A stretch of DNA of 63,901 nucleotides, filler included, from Octopus bimaculoides (lineage: Eukaryota): NCBI RefSeq assembly GCF_001194135.2. It is 6 parts of 5 records of this genome, joined end to end, with 100 filler letters (N's around TTAATTAATTAA, not from the genome) between each part and the next. Parts side by side here need not be neighbours in the genome. Positions count along the whole stretch, not along the records: positions 41,090 to 57,886 come from NC_068981.1; positions 57,987 to 59,896 come from NC_069000.1; positions 59,997 to 62,515 come from NC_068986.1; positions 62,616 to 63,901 come from NC_068986.1; 2 more parts are not named here. One strand, given 5' to 3'. Below are positions 51,935-63,901 of the stretch, in pieces. The translations under genes were made by a program, and so were the position numbers. Under the pieces are notes generated by a model. That model was not told the origin of the DNA, searched no databases, and saw only the letters and a list, made by a program, of their open reading frames with translations. Within the stretch, counting starts at the first letter, position 1. Each line of letters starts with the position of its first letter.

Positions 51935-52780
51935 CACTTTGACCACAGTCTATGGGTCGTTGTCATGTGTTTTTGTAGTCGGCGGATCCAGCACATCGAG
52001 ATTGTAGTGCGTGATGTCCAATAACGTGTATGCCCTCCTTGGTTGTTCAAAACTGTCATACACATCTCTCACCATGACACATGCATCTCTGTAGCGTTCA
52101 CCCCTCGTACGCCACACACTCACTCTGCCATCGGAGGTGGAAACGCAATAGCGGCTATCGTCAGAGAAGACTGTCAACCTCCATTGTCGATGCCACCATT
52201 GTCCGTGCAGTGCAGCCCACTGTAGTCGTGTCTGACGGTGACGGGTGGTGAGGACAGGCCCTCGAGCGGCCAGTCAACGTCTTACCGTGTCGTCGCTGAT
52301 GAGTAGCTGTCCATTGCCAATGGTCTCGCCAACTGTCCCGGTAGCCGATCTGAAACGATCAGGGAGGTGTTGCAGCTAGATGAAGCTGTCCTTCCTGTAA
52401 GTGGTCACTCTGTTGTGTCCTCTGCGGACATAGTCTGCAGTGCTGTTAGTATTGTTGTAATGCTGATGCAAGCGATATATGGTGATGACATGGACATTGT
52501 AAGCCTTCGCAAGGAGCAGGGCAGCATGCCCTGCTTGCAATCGGTCGATAACTTGTTATCCCTGCGCTGCTGACAATCGGGTCATATTTGATGCGTCCAA
52601 ATTACCAATGCCAGAAACTGGTTCAAGTTGATTTTTACGCTTATAACCTCCACGAGATGCACGCGTATCTCGGTTTTCATAACTACTGTTTGCGACTGCC
52701 ACCCGCGGCATTTAATGTCATTTGAAAAATATGACATTGGATAACATTGCATTTATTTTGCGATTCCGTGCACAGTCTAA
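51935..52780 (-). mobile_element. Decayed Tc1-family DNA transposon with internal deletion
   Basis: From ATG 52585: MTRLSAAQG*QVIDRLQAG..AKAYNVH..IYRL..RVTT..D.FI..HL.DRF..ISDDTVRR..GPVLTTRHRQTRLQWA..QWR..VFSDDSRYCVSTSDGRVSVWRTRGERY; the segment around the second catalytic D is missing. Confidence 0.85.
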
Positions 52781-54662
52781 TACGTTCCTGTAATCAAGCC
52801 ACCTTGTGACAAATTACTTTCTCTATGTATATATGAGTTTGTATTTATATGTATGTGCTGGGGCACTTGGCTTCGTTGTTAATCAGTTCAGCTCGCCATC
52901 ATATAGATATTTGTTTAATATCTAGACAGGAGTTGTGTGGTCACTTAAATTCGCTTAGCTCCAAACTGCCCAGCTAAATATGCGATCCAGGGTATTTTCA
53001 CTCCAGCTGTTACACAAAAGATATGACGCCGGGTCGAACTGTGTCCGAATTAAGAGAGTTGCCGTTTGTTCACTACAATATGGGAAAATAAAACAATTGA
53101 TGGAAACGTGGTATATGATCCTTAGACTTAATCGTACATGGATAATGGGTAGCTTATATATAATTTATGTATATGTGTATGCATGAAAATAATTATATTT
53201 TCATATGCATGTGAATATGATTTCGTTTTCATCTAATTTGGCTCTTATATTTCATTGTTCTAAATTAAATAACTGTTGTGGTTTTAGTAAGCAGAGTTTA
53301 AGAATATGTTCTATATTTACTGCATTGGTATAATTGCTCTTCGCAGAATATGAAACCCGCTTCTACTTTTTTCGTGAAAGAGATTATATTGCGTCTTTCA
53401 CTGCAGGCAAATTCGGCAAAAGTAAAAAAATAAAAAAAAAAGTAGTGAAGAAATGTCTCCCTTCAACAATTTTCAGAAACGAAATTATATCAGGAAATAA
53501 CGAGAACCATAAGTCTTTATTTTCAGGAAATTGGGATTTAACCGCTGTACTGGAATGCATTAGTTGATTATTGTGCACATTATGGTCAAATCTGATTAGA
53601 AGGAATTAAATCAGATTAACAATTGTTTAAAGTAGATAAAGTGGAAACAGTTAACACCGATTTTGAACAGTCAGGACATGAAAATAAATTTTGTCAAAAC
53701 CACCAAAGAGATGAAAGGAAAGAGAAAAGTAATTTAGAATGATTCGCCCTGAGGACGAAAGTAGACGTAATTCACGAAATTTCATCAGCTTCATATCGTT
53801 ATTCATCAGGTTTCATCTGCTCTGATTTCTACACATCATTAACGAAGACATAGGACATCAAGCTGTAAGATGGTAAGCAGTATCACTTTAAATGTAGTAC
53901 ATGTGGAATTACGTATTCTTGTTTGGATCCAACGACTACCAAGCAGAAGTTGCAAATATCTGCGGATGACAAGCAAATGGAAATCAATCCTGAAATTTAG
54001 TTTTCTGGTGGTTAAAATTGTATACAAAATCAATTTTACCTAAATCATAAAAGTCTACACCGCAACATACCATCCATCATAAATTACATTAAGGCGACAT
54101 ATCTTTGCATTCAGAGCTCCGTGTTTTTTTTATTTAATTTCTTTTTTTTTTTTAGTGAGAGATGTATGCATATATTCAAAAGATATTTGACATTTTATCA
54201 AGAAGAGCAGTTTTTGCAACTGAAACATCCCAAAAGTGCTACTGAGATACATCCTTTCAGGTTAATAGAGAATATAAAGAAAAAAACAACAAAGTTTGAG
54301 AATTAGGACTCCACTATTTGACGGTCACTTATTCCTCCGGAATTATACGATTGTCAACACAAGTAGTAGAGATAGGGCTCAACAGAAGTGTCTTTACAAT
54401 AAAGTTACTCGGTAGAGTGCGTAGCTGTAAAATCAGGAAAACGCTCCGAGTAGGCCCACAATTTCTCCAAAATGACACACAGAAGCTGCTACATAAGCAA
54501 CGTCATAAGTATGTCGCAGAGAAGTTTTAAGAGTAAAACTAACAGGCAGAAGACCCGAGGGAAGAATGAGAGCAAGCTATAACGTAAAAATTTAGTCCAC
54601 ATGCACAGCAGAGTCCATGGTCAGTCTCTGCCTAGCGGCTTCACGCAGTATGCTTTAGCTTC

Positions 54663-54676
54663 GTTACTATGGTAAC
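54663..54676. promoter_or_regulatory. RFX X-box candidate GTTACTATGGTAAC
   Basis: Fits the GTYRCY-AT-RGYAAC consensus; lies in non-repetitive sequence. Confidence 0.4.
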
Positions 54677-55832
54677 AGTCCGGATACTTATTGATCAGAC
54701 CTTTTATATGTATCTAAATACAAGTTTGTGTAAGTGCGTGCTGTTTCTATGTGCGTCGAAGCACGACAGTGGATAATCTTTAAATATTTATTGGATTAAT
54801 AGTTATACATCACTAATGGACTTTTTCTGGCGAGTTTTAAATATTGTCTATCAATCGATCATCATCTTTGTTTTCTGAATCAATTGAATATTTTAATAGA
54901 TGGTTTGAATTGCTGCTCTCATCATATTTTAGTTTACTGGAACCCCGCTCATTTGCTTTCTCATTCATTCTAGGTGTTTATATTTGGTGATTTCTCTGTG
55001 ATAAGTTTCTCGGTAAATAGGAAAGCATTTTGATATGGTGATAAATCCCTTTACTTTATACGCTAAAGGAAATAACTTTATTTTCAGTCCACACTTTAGG
55101 GTACTAACATATTGCCCATAAATGAGTTTCCCACGATGATTTTGTTTTCGTTTACGACATGAGTTACTTAAATCGTGAAAATTTCACATTGTTTGTTTCG
55201 ATTCTCTTGATTCTACAACTCTTGTACAAAAGTGAGTGGACTCTCTTTTCCTCCGTAGAGGAACATATATATAATATACACAGAGAGATGATAAAATCAG
55301 TTTTATATTGTGTAATTTATTTTAAAAACCAAATTTGCCAATCGTTGGATGTGGGCGCTTCTACTGTAAACAAAATTAGCATTACACATGCCTGTTTAGT
55401 AGTGCATTGTGCCCGAAACGCTTGTGTTTGGAATGCTATTCAACAAAATCAATGAAAATTATAAAATATTTGAATGTCAATTTTACTGTCATAACAGACC
55501 CTAAACTATCTGTTCAGTTGCCCCCAAAAATAAAATTTCCTTACTACAAATTGATTCATTCTTTGTTTCACTGTATACTTCATTATTGCTCCTCATAAAT
55601 ATATATCAGTGTGGAATAGATTGCAACGATGCGAAAAGTATCCAATATGGGTAAGGAATGACTTATCCAATATTCTCTCTATTGAATTACATTGAATATC
55701 AGAAAAGTGAAATTCATATTTATGTAGAATATCTATGCATCTTGAATCACACATACATGTACATGTGCACACACACACACAGATATATATATATATATAT
55801 AAATATATAGATACATACATACATACATGCAT

Positions 55833-55869
<37 letters not shown>

Positions 55870-56501
55870 ATAAGTCTTGAGTGTACGATTAAATATACAA
55901 CTACCACTGGGATTTTAGAGCGCCATGTGAACATTTGATCTGCGTAGCGTAATGCAGTAAAGTGATCCTCTGATGAACTCGTCTGCTTCAGAATCCAATT
56001 TCATTGCCAGATTATGCAATTAACCACATTGGTGAAACTTACGAACGAATGCTGTAGAGTGCATCTAGTGATTACCATATGTAATATATATTTATAAAGA
56101 CACACACACATTTGTATATGTATATACACATTGTATATATGTATATACACATTGTACACCCACGCATTATCTCTCTAACTACCTATCTATCAATATATAT
56201 AGAAATATATGCTTATTGAGAAAATATCTTGCCAATTTATTGCCGCTTATTTTGTTTGAAAATAATAGCACTTTCTACTAATATTGTTTATTTAAATTGC
56301 ATCACTATATAGTATGCTCCAATAACAATTCCATGAAGACAGAGAAAAGTACATCACTGGCTGTAGTTCTTCCCTCAAATAAATCGTAATACATTCATAG
56401 ATATGGCATGTAATGTATTTTTGTCTTATATTCCGAAATGTATTAGAAAAACAAACCACCCACCCACTCGACCAAATATTCCCATACATGTGTGTGTGTG
56501 T

Positions 56502-56564
<63 letters not shown>

Positions 56565-57161
56565 TATATCAGGCTGAGTAAAATGCGAAAACATGAAATT
56601 CATCGCAATTCTTTATAATATATTGCATAATAACAGACCTGAAGAGGGTTCGAATCAAACATCATGTACTGCAACGCCTATTTGAGACCAGTAACGTCAT
56701 TTTCGAAAAAAACAAGCAAACATGTAAATTATTATCATTTTGAGAATATGTGTTACATTGAATACTTATGTACTGCCCACACTCGCAATGTATTGATGAC
56801 TAGACGTAAAATAGTCGGACACAAAAGATCCTGTATAAGAGCATAGACCTAATGTGTTATACCCTAAGAGGAAATAAACTTAAATATAAGTTTTTTAAGT
56901 CTATATTAAAAACGATTTAATGCACTGCTTTAGTAAAATTCATAGATAAAGGGCGGTTGTAGTTGCTGAGAATAGTTTGAGTAACTGATTAAAACCAATA
57001 TAAAATATGTTGTTAATCACTAAAGAAACAGCCATCAGGTCGTTGCAGATATATTTCCAGACTATACATACGGAAATGGCAACTGTCACAAAAGTTGATG
57101 TCACTTGGTAATGAAGTGGAAGGTCTTGAAATGTGACAAAGGACACTAATCAGCACCAGTA

Positions 57162-57886
57162 TTGCTAGAAATAAGTCAAAAGAAATTAAGCAACTTTATC
57201 GATATCCTCTTGAAACCAATACTTCACCACATACCAAGTATTGTTAGAGAGGACCTGGACCTACTGAATCATCTACCCAAACATACCGATAAAGACATTT
57301 TCATTGTTTCCTTTGATGTATTAAATCTTTACACTACGATCCCACATCAATATGGACTGGAAGCCATTAAATTCTGGCTAGAAAAATACCCCAATGAGAT
57401 CCCAGAAAGAATAAAAAAAGAATTCATCATCGAGGGCCTTAAGTTTATCCTTCAAAACAATTTTTTGAATTTTAATGATAACAACTACAGACAGGTATCA
57501 GGGACTGCAATGGTGACTAATGTTGCCCCTACATATGCAAACCTGGTGATGGCCTACTTAGAATTGCAGATCTACGACAAATCCAAAACTAGATATGGCC
57601 TGTCTTTCCACCAATACCTGTTGAAGAATTGGAAACGTTACTTGGATGATTGCCTCATCCTATGGTCCCTCACACTCGACCAACTCTTTGACTTCAAAAC
57701 CCTAATCAACAGTGTCAACAACCATATCCAATTTACAATGGAATACAGTCAAGACCAACTTCCTTTTCTTGACATTCTCATTATAAAAATAGGTACCAGC
57801 ATTGAGACAGATATTCATTACAAACCGACTGATTCCAAGCAATACCTTCTGTTCACCTCCAATCACCCAAAACATACAAAGACAAA
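57162..57886 (+). mobile_element. Penelope-like element reverse transcriptase (Neptune-like), 5' truncated, runs into a gap
   Basis: Open for about 240 aa: LSNFIDILLKP, SFDVLNLYTTIPH, GTAMVT.VAPTYANL, RYLDD (57636-57650), LPFLD, YKPTD..QYL.F.S.HP. Confidence 0.9.
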
Positions 57887-57986
57887 NNNNNNNNNNNNNN
57901 NNNNNNNNNNNNNNNNNNNNNNNNNNNNNNTTAATTAATTAANNNNNNNNNNNNNNNNNNNNNNNNNNNNNNNNNNNNNNNNNNNN

Positions 57987-58026
<40 letters not shown>

Positions 58027-58038
58027 GTGTATATGTAT

Positions 58039-58129
58039 AACCCATGCTAGCATGGAAAGCGGACATTAAACGATGATCATCATCATCATCATCATCGTTT
58101 AATGTCCGTTTTCCATACTAGCATGGGTT
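58039..58129. repeat. Tail-to-tail inverted repeat, about 38-bp arms around (CAT)n
   Basis: aacccatgctagcatggaaagcggacattaaacgatga pairs with tcatcgtttaatgtccgttttccatactagcatgggtt, 2 mismatches. Confidence 0.9.
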
Positions 58130-58750
58130 GGACAGTTTGACTCAGGTCTAGAGAGCCAGTGGCTGCACCAGGCTCCAATCTGATCTGGCAAGGTTTCTAC
58201 AGCTGGATGCCCTTCCTAACGCCAACCACTCCAAGAATGTAGTAGGTGCTTTTTATGTGCTACCTGCACAAGAGCAGTCAGGTGGGCCTGGCATTGATCA
58301 CGTTCCGATAGTGCTTTTTGTGTGCTACCAGCATGGGAGCCAGTCAAGGGGTACTGGCATCGGCCATGTTCGGACAGTGCTTTTTATGTGCCATCAGCAT
58401 GGGAGCCAGTCAGGGAACACTGGCATCGACCATGTTTGGATGATGCATTTTACGTGCCACCAGAATGGGAGCCAGTCAGGGGGCACTAGCCACAGCTGCA
58501 ATTTTGGGTTTACTTGACTCAACAGGTCTTCTCAAGCTTATCATCTCACCCAACGCATGTTTCCAGGAGTGAATTATTCAAGCCCCAAAGAATTCCTCTC
58601 AACACAGAGATGCACATATTGTCCACCACCAAAGGACATGCTCAACTGGTTAAGGCCAAACAACTGACAAGCAAATCTGTGGTATTGAGCAGAATATTTG
58701 CTGTAGCCCATCTTTTATACTCAGACAAAACATGTGCATGATGATTATTA
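58080..58750 (-). mobile_element. Non-autonomous retroelement with RTE-type 3' tail and internal 66-bp tandem array
   Basis: ggatgcccttcctaacgccaacc (RTE 3' UTR-like, from memory), (GAT)n tail, tandem units at 58246, 58311, 58377, 58443; the 5' part is shared with 60660-60900. Confidence 0.65.
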
Positions 58751-59294
58751 TTATTATTAACATTATTATCACAGAAATATCATTTCTTATATCCATTACT
58801 CTACATATTCTTAGTGATTTATTGAATTTTAAAAAAAATCTGTCTATCAGTGAAACAGACCACTTAGAAGCCTCTTAAATGTTACATCTAATTTGTGATT
58901 CATTACGAAGCAATTTTCTCAGAGTTGTATAGAAAAATGTGCTAACGTTTTCAGCTATCCGAAATGGTGGCTTTGAATAAGTTCTAACCATATGTGTGTG
59001 TGTCCTTACATCTTGTCTGTTCTAATTAACTTTTCATTAAATAGACTTGATTCTCAACTCTCCTAACTTACCTTCTGTTAGAATGTCTTTGAGACATGAT
59101 TACTGAGTGAGACAAAGTGAGAGAGAGAGACACTCGGACACACACATACATATATAGATTGATAAATAGATAGATAGAGAGAGAGAGAGAGAGAAATGTG
59201 TGTGTGTTTTTAGATTGATAAATAATTAGATAGATAGGATAGAGAGAGAGAGAGTGAAAGAGAAGTGAAAATATATGTAAGCATATATACATGC

Positions 59295-59331
<37 letters not shown>

Positions 59332-59665
59332 GTAAAGAGAGAGAGAGAGGTGGGAGATTTGCAAATAGTTTAGAGCATTGCAATTTTCCTCAAAAGAAAA
59401 GTTATACTATGTTTAGTACATATAATGTATATTTAATGTATGTATAATTTACACTTGTTTGTATATGTAAGTCAGAAGAAAGCGTTGTGTGTAAATGTGT
59501 GTACATATCTATTAGTTATTTCCTTTTCTTCTTCACAGCAAACCAATTTATCTCCACTTTTGAAACTCTACATAAGCATATTTGTTTTAAGTTTATTTCT
59601 CATGGACATTTTAGCAAGATTATGCGTATCAGTAAAGAATGTAGTTAATAAATGCGTACAGACAA

Positions 59666-59830
59666 GTACACAGGGGTGGCTGTGTGGTAAGAAGTTTGCT
59701 TCCCGACCTTACGGTTCCAGGTTCAGTCCCAGTGCATGGCACCTAGGGCAGGTGTCTTCTTCCATGGCCCTGGACAGACCAAAGCCTTGTGAGTGGATTT
59801 GATAGATGGGAACTGAAAGAACCCCATTAA
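59666..59830 (+). mobile_element. SINE family B, 5' half ending in (TA)n and a gap
   Basis: Matches 4366-4520. Confidence 0.8.
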
Positions 59831-59837
59831 ATATATA

Positions 59838-59896
<59 letters not shown>

Positions 59897-59996
59897 NNNN
59901 NNNNNNNNNNNNNNNNNNNNNNNNNNNNNNNNNNNNNNNNTTAATTAATTAANNNNNNNNNNNNNNNNNNNNNNNNNNNNNNNNNNNNNNNNNNNN

Positions 59997-60030
<34 letters not shown>

Positions 60031-60033
<3 letters not shown>

Positions 60034-60275
60034 CCTGCTTAGACAACATCGCACGCATCAACAGACTGAAGAATGCACCCACACCACCCCAACCTCAACC
60101 TGCAATTCTCGAAACCCCACTATGTGCCCTCTAGAAGGATCTTGCCTCTCAAGGACCGTAGTATACAGAGCCACCCTTACACCATCTGACGATCTGATGG
60201 CATTACTAGGTATGGCATTACTACGGGTATGATAGCTAATGACTTCAAGTGGAAATACTCCCAGCATATGCTGTC
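60031..60275 (+). mobile_element. Frameshifted PLE GIY-YIG-type endonuclease fragment
   Basis: SCLDNIARIN..TCNSRNPTMCPLEGSCLSRTVVYRATL..GMIANDFKWKYSQH, matching the CNC..CPL.G.CL...VVYxA..G.T..FK.RY.NH pattern of some PLE clades. Confidence 0.65.
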
Positions 60276-60285
60276 GTGAGACCCT

Positions 60286-60535
60286 CTAGGCTTAACTTCA
60301 TGCGCTGGTTGAAAATCATCAAAAAAATTTCTGGGGTCGATACAATGGACTAAAAGTTCCTTAGGTGGCGCCCCAGCATGCCCGAAGTCTAATGACTGCA
60401 ACAAGTAAAAAGAAAAAGCTTTAAAAAAATTCTTCAAGATGGTGCCCCAGCATGGCCGGCCGGAGTCTAATAATTGCAAGAAGTAAAAAAAAACAATTCT
60501 GGGGTCGATACGTTCAACTAAAAATTTAAAAAAGC
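60286..60535 (+). mobile_element. Repeated SINE family B 3' tail modules
   Basis: ccccagcatg..agtctaat occurs twice and ctggggtcgatac occurs twice. Confidence 0.7.
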
Positions 60536-60561
60536 AAAAAATAACCGAATGATATAACTAT

Positions 60562-60658
60562 GGGACTTTTGTCCTAGGAGGTTTTTGTCCTATGAGGTTT
60601 TTGTCCTAGGGGGCTTTTGTCCTGGAGCTTTTGTCCTAGGGACTTTTGTCCGGATGCC
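60562..60658. repeat. Six-unit ttttgtcc modular repeat (about 15-17 bp period), probable MITE terminus
   Basis: Direct reading; similar units at 61453-61541. Confidence 0.8.
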
Positions 60659-60659
60659 G

Positions 60660-60900
60660 TTTTGTCTTGGTGTAAAAAGATGGGCTACAGCAAATATCTG
60701 CTCATTACCACACATTTGCTTGTCAGTTGCTCGACCTTCACTAGTTGAGCATGTCCCTTAGTGGCTGACGACGATATGTGCATCTCTGACCACAAGCAGG
60801 CATAATGAGAGAGCACATAGCCTTGTGTTGAGAGGAATTCTTTGAGGTTTGAATAATTCACCTCTGGAAAACAGATGTTCTGTTCATCATCCTTAAACTG
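60660..60900 (+). repeat. Inverted copy of the 58555-58735 sequence
   Basis: aaaagatgggctacagcaaat..ttgcttgtcagttg..agttgagcatgtcc..atgtgcatctctg..gtgttgagaggaattcttt; carries about 40 extra bp. Confidence 0.85.
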
Positions 60901-61123
60901 GGACGTGCTTCTCGACTTGAAGAAAATACTCACTGGGCTCCACCTGCAAGGTCATGCATTGTGTATGGTGATATGAAATTACCTTGTCGCACACATACGG
61001 TTGTGTATGTTGCATGTGCCTGGTGTACCCTTATCAGATGCGGAGTCATGTTAGGTATGTTGGGCTTCGTACATATGGACCCAAATGTCACTCTGTTGGC
61101 ATGCATTGCTCTCTCATTCAATA

Positions 61124-61126
61124 AAA

Positions 61127-61190
<64 letters not shown>
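61124..61190. repeat. (AAAG)n microsatellite
   Basis: Direct reading. Confidence 0.95.
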
Positions 61191-61375
61191 ATAAAAACAA
61201 CGCCGTCGGGTCGTAAAACAAATTTCCGTTCCGAGTCTTTCACAAAATGCAACAAAAGTCAGTAGAATAATGCAAATCTCATTTAATCGCAGATAGCAAT
61301 ACAATTATTTAAGAAATCTAGTGAGCTAAGTCTAACATTAATTCCATACATTTTCAAGTGCATTTTGCATAAATC

Positions 61376-61646
61376 CCGGTAAAAAAATGTCACAGGTAAA
61401 AATTTCAGGAAAAAAGAGTCACGGTAATAAATTCACAAGAAAAAACGTCACAGGGGTTTTGTCCTATGGGGTTTTGTCCTATGGGGTTTTGTCTTATGGG
61501 GTTTTGTCCTATGGGGTTTTGTCCTATGGGGTTTTGTCCTAGGGTTGTTTTACCCTGATCTCATAAATTATTTGTGAGTCTTCTTTTTCCTAGCCAAAAT
61601 CGTGACTTTATTACTGTGACTTTTGTTCCCGTGACTTTATTGCCGG
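61376..61646. mobile_element. Foldback-like MITE with modular gtcac/gtgac inverted termini and a central 15-bp x6 array
   Basis: Left ccggtaaaaaaatgtcac; right gtgactttattgccgg; ggggttttgtcctat at 61453 with 15-bp period. Confidence 0.7.
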
Positions 61647-62041
61647 TCGGTCACCTTTTGCATGCATATCCCTGCATAGTTTACATTACTTTCATTTCTA
61701 TTATGACTGTGCATCATGTATGCAGCTCTCTTCTGTAATATAACATAAAGGTATATTGTGAAACGATTAATTATCTCACAGTCGTAACTAATCTACCTAT
61801 GAAAATGTGTCCATATGCATTGTACAAACAAGCGTATAGGTTTAGCTACCAACCTTTTAGTGAATTTCTGTACTTTTCACGCACACTCTTGTCTCATACT
61901 CCCTCTTCTCTCCTCTCTCCATCTCTGCCTCATACACAGATACAAACACACACATACAGACATACAGAAACACACACAGACACATAAACATAAACACACA
62001 CCCAATATACCTATATATGTATGTGTTTGTGTATGTGGGTG

Positions 62042-62088
<47 letters not shown>

Positions 62089-62123
62089 AGATGTGTGTTT
62101 GTATGTATATATGTGTGTGTATA

Positions 62124-62320
62124 TTCTTTTATTTTTTACTTGCTTCAGTCATTTGACTACGGCAATGCTGGAGCACCGCCTTGAAGATTTTTTTTGTCAG
62201 CGTAGAACTTATTCTATCGGTCTCTTTTTTCGAACCGCTAGGTTACGAGGACGTAAACACACGAATATCGGTTGTCAAACGATGGCGGGGGACAAACACA
62301 CACACATGCACACACACACA
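62124..62320 (-). mobile_element. SINE family B, 3' half
   Basis: Reverse complement of the family B tail. Confidence 0.8.
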
Positions 62321-62745
62321 TATATGTATGAGTTTTAATGGTGGCAGCTGATGAAGGGGGTGTTTCTATGTGGCCTGCTTGTTTGTTGCACCTTGTTTAC
62401 CATTTTGTCCTTGTTCTTTTGCCACGTCATGTACCCAGTTATGTATCTATATGTACATGTAGATGAACGTATATACATACATGTACATATATATGCATAT
62501 ACTCATATATTGTTTNNNNNNNNNNNNNNNNNNNNNNNNNNNNNNNNNNNNNNNNNNNNTTAATTAATTAANNNNNNNNNNNNNNNNNNNNNNNNNNNNN
62601 NNNNNNNNNNNNNNNGAAAATGGCCCTCCCCAGACACAACAGAATATGCTCCAACACACAAAATCACATACAAAATCTTGGAAACCAAATCCCAAAACGA
62701 AATGTATTTTTATATATATATATGTATATATAAATATGTATATAT

Positions 62746-62776
<31 letters not shown>

Positions 62777-62792
62777 TGTGTTTCAGCCAAGT

Positions 62793-62834
<42 letters not shown>

Positions 62835-62879
62835 GTGTGTATGTATATATGGTGGTTGTCTACTCCTTATGCTGTGTTT

Positions 62880-63090
62880 GACCACCTCTTGTACCTAAAC
62901 CTTAGAACCATCATGACATCTGACGTGGCTTTTTAAACCGGACAATGTTTTGAAAAGACACCTACATAGACTGCGTATCTGATTTGGACCACTAAGTGCT
63001 GCTGTTAAGTTCTGATCTTTGTTGATCCTAAAATGTATTTTATGACATCCCTTAGATCTACAGATGGTCTGGCATAGATCAAATGCCATT
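62880..63090 (-). mobile_element. RTE-like LINE extreme C-terminus with a degenerate C2H2 motif
   Basis: LCRCLFKTLSGLKSHVRCH resembles the CxxC.R.F.S..GL.SH.R.H tail of RTE ORFs. Confidence 0.5.
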
Positions 63091-63189
63091 TACATTACGC
63101 AAAAATGAAAATAGTACTGATATCTCGTTTTAATATATTGACCAAAATTATTTAAAAAATATTGAAATACTAAAGAGTAAATTTATTGA

Positions 63190-63835
63190 ATAAGATCCTC
63201 TAGACCACATCCGAATCTCCTGCAACTCTTCTAGACGGTCTCCTTATTTGGGGTGATGAAAGATGCCATAATCCTTGCACTCAGTTCATCTTTGGTTTTA
63301 AAAGAGGTTTTGTTGGTGTATGTATCCCACACACAATAATGAATGGGGCTACAGTATGAGGAGTTAGGCGGCCCAATGGCAGGTGCGATTTAGTTGCATA
63401 AATTGTCTGACAGCCATGAATGGGTTCCCTATTTATGTGACATGGTGCGGAATCCTTTTGTTTGGAGACAAAGGTTCTTCCAGGAGCCACCTTCGTGAAT
63501 CAGGGGAGCACTACGTCCTCCAGCCACTTGCTGTAGGCCTTCCTGTTTAGTCAGAGGTTGTGGGGGAAGATGAATGGATGCATAATGTCGCCATCACTAA
63601 TAATCACTCCAAATGCCATGATATTGATTGAATGTTTGAATTTTATTAGTCTCCGTGCATGATTTGGGGACACAACAATGCAACAGTTATTATGCGTGTT
63701 CTTCATCTGATCCTGGCTGAAATTTTTCTCGTCTGAGAAAATCCAAAGCATTTTCTCTTGCTTGAGTTTATTCAAAAGCATCGTGACTTGGTATTTTCTG
63801 CTGTCCTTGTTAGCTTGGCGTAAAAAAATTGGCAC
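63190..63835 (-). mobile_element. Decayed mariner-like transposase (maT/DD37D-like)
   Basis: WIFSDEKNFSQDQ..N..N, IMAFGVI.SDG.IM.PFIFP, Y..WLE.VVLP, DSAPCH, degenerate WPPNS; internal stops. Confidence 0.85.
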
Positions 63836-63901
63836 TTATTTGTGTGCTTATTCCGGTATCTATCTAACTATATATATATCTCTCTCTCTGTATATATATA
63901 T

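Noticed and set aside
53810-53872. 63-bp segment bounded by CAG and GTAAGC (candidate exon)
   Set aside because: Stops in all three frames; no supporting neighbouring exons.
56940-57146. Hydrophobic 68-aa minus-strand ORF, superficially receptor-like
   Set aside because: Short, no family motif, no convincing splice sites.

Overview
AT-rich eukaryotic genomic DNA, very dense in microsatellites and interrupted by many N gaps. Five of the gaps are 100-bp joins carrying an artificial TTAATTAATTAA marker. The repeat repertoire (tRNA-headed SINEs with internal TA/TG tracts, restriction-like-endonuclease LINEs, RTE tails) suggests a cephalopod, probably Octopus; this is inference from remembered repeat families, not verified. 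I found no supportable host protein-coding gene, rRNA, true tRNA or CRISPR array, so the window reads as intergenic or deep intronic. Nearly all interpretable sequence is transposon-derived: three SINE families in many copies, a well-preserved Penelope-like (PLE) reverse transcriptase fragment, a PLE GIY-YIG-type fragment, several RLE-type LINE 3' ends, an internally deleted HERO/NeSL-like LINE, RTE relics, Tc1, mariner and probable piggyBac relics, and palindromic MITEs. The most interesting observations are: (1) a composite tRNA-headed element carrying a minimal hammerhead-ribozyme motif and terminal inverted repeats (5319-5597); (2) a second hammerhead variant nearby (4850-4886); (3) a perfect 237-bp inverted duplication ending in a 14-bp hairpin at the junction with the RT-less HERO-like element; (4) an isolated RFX X-box. 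All family assignments come from manual motif recognition without database searches.
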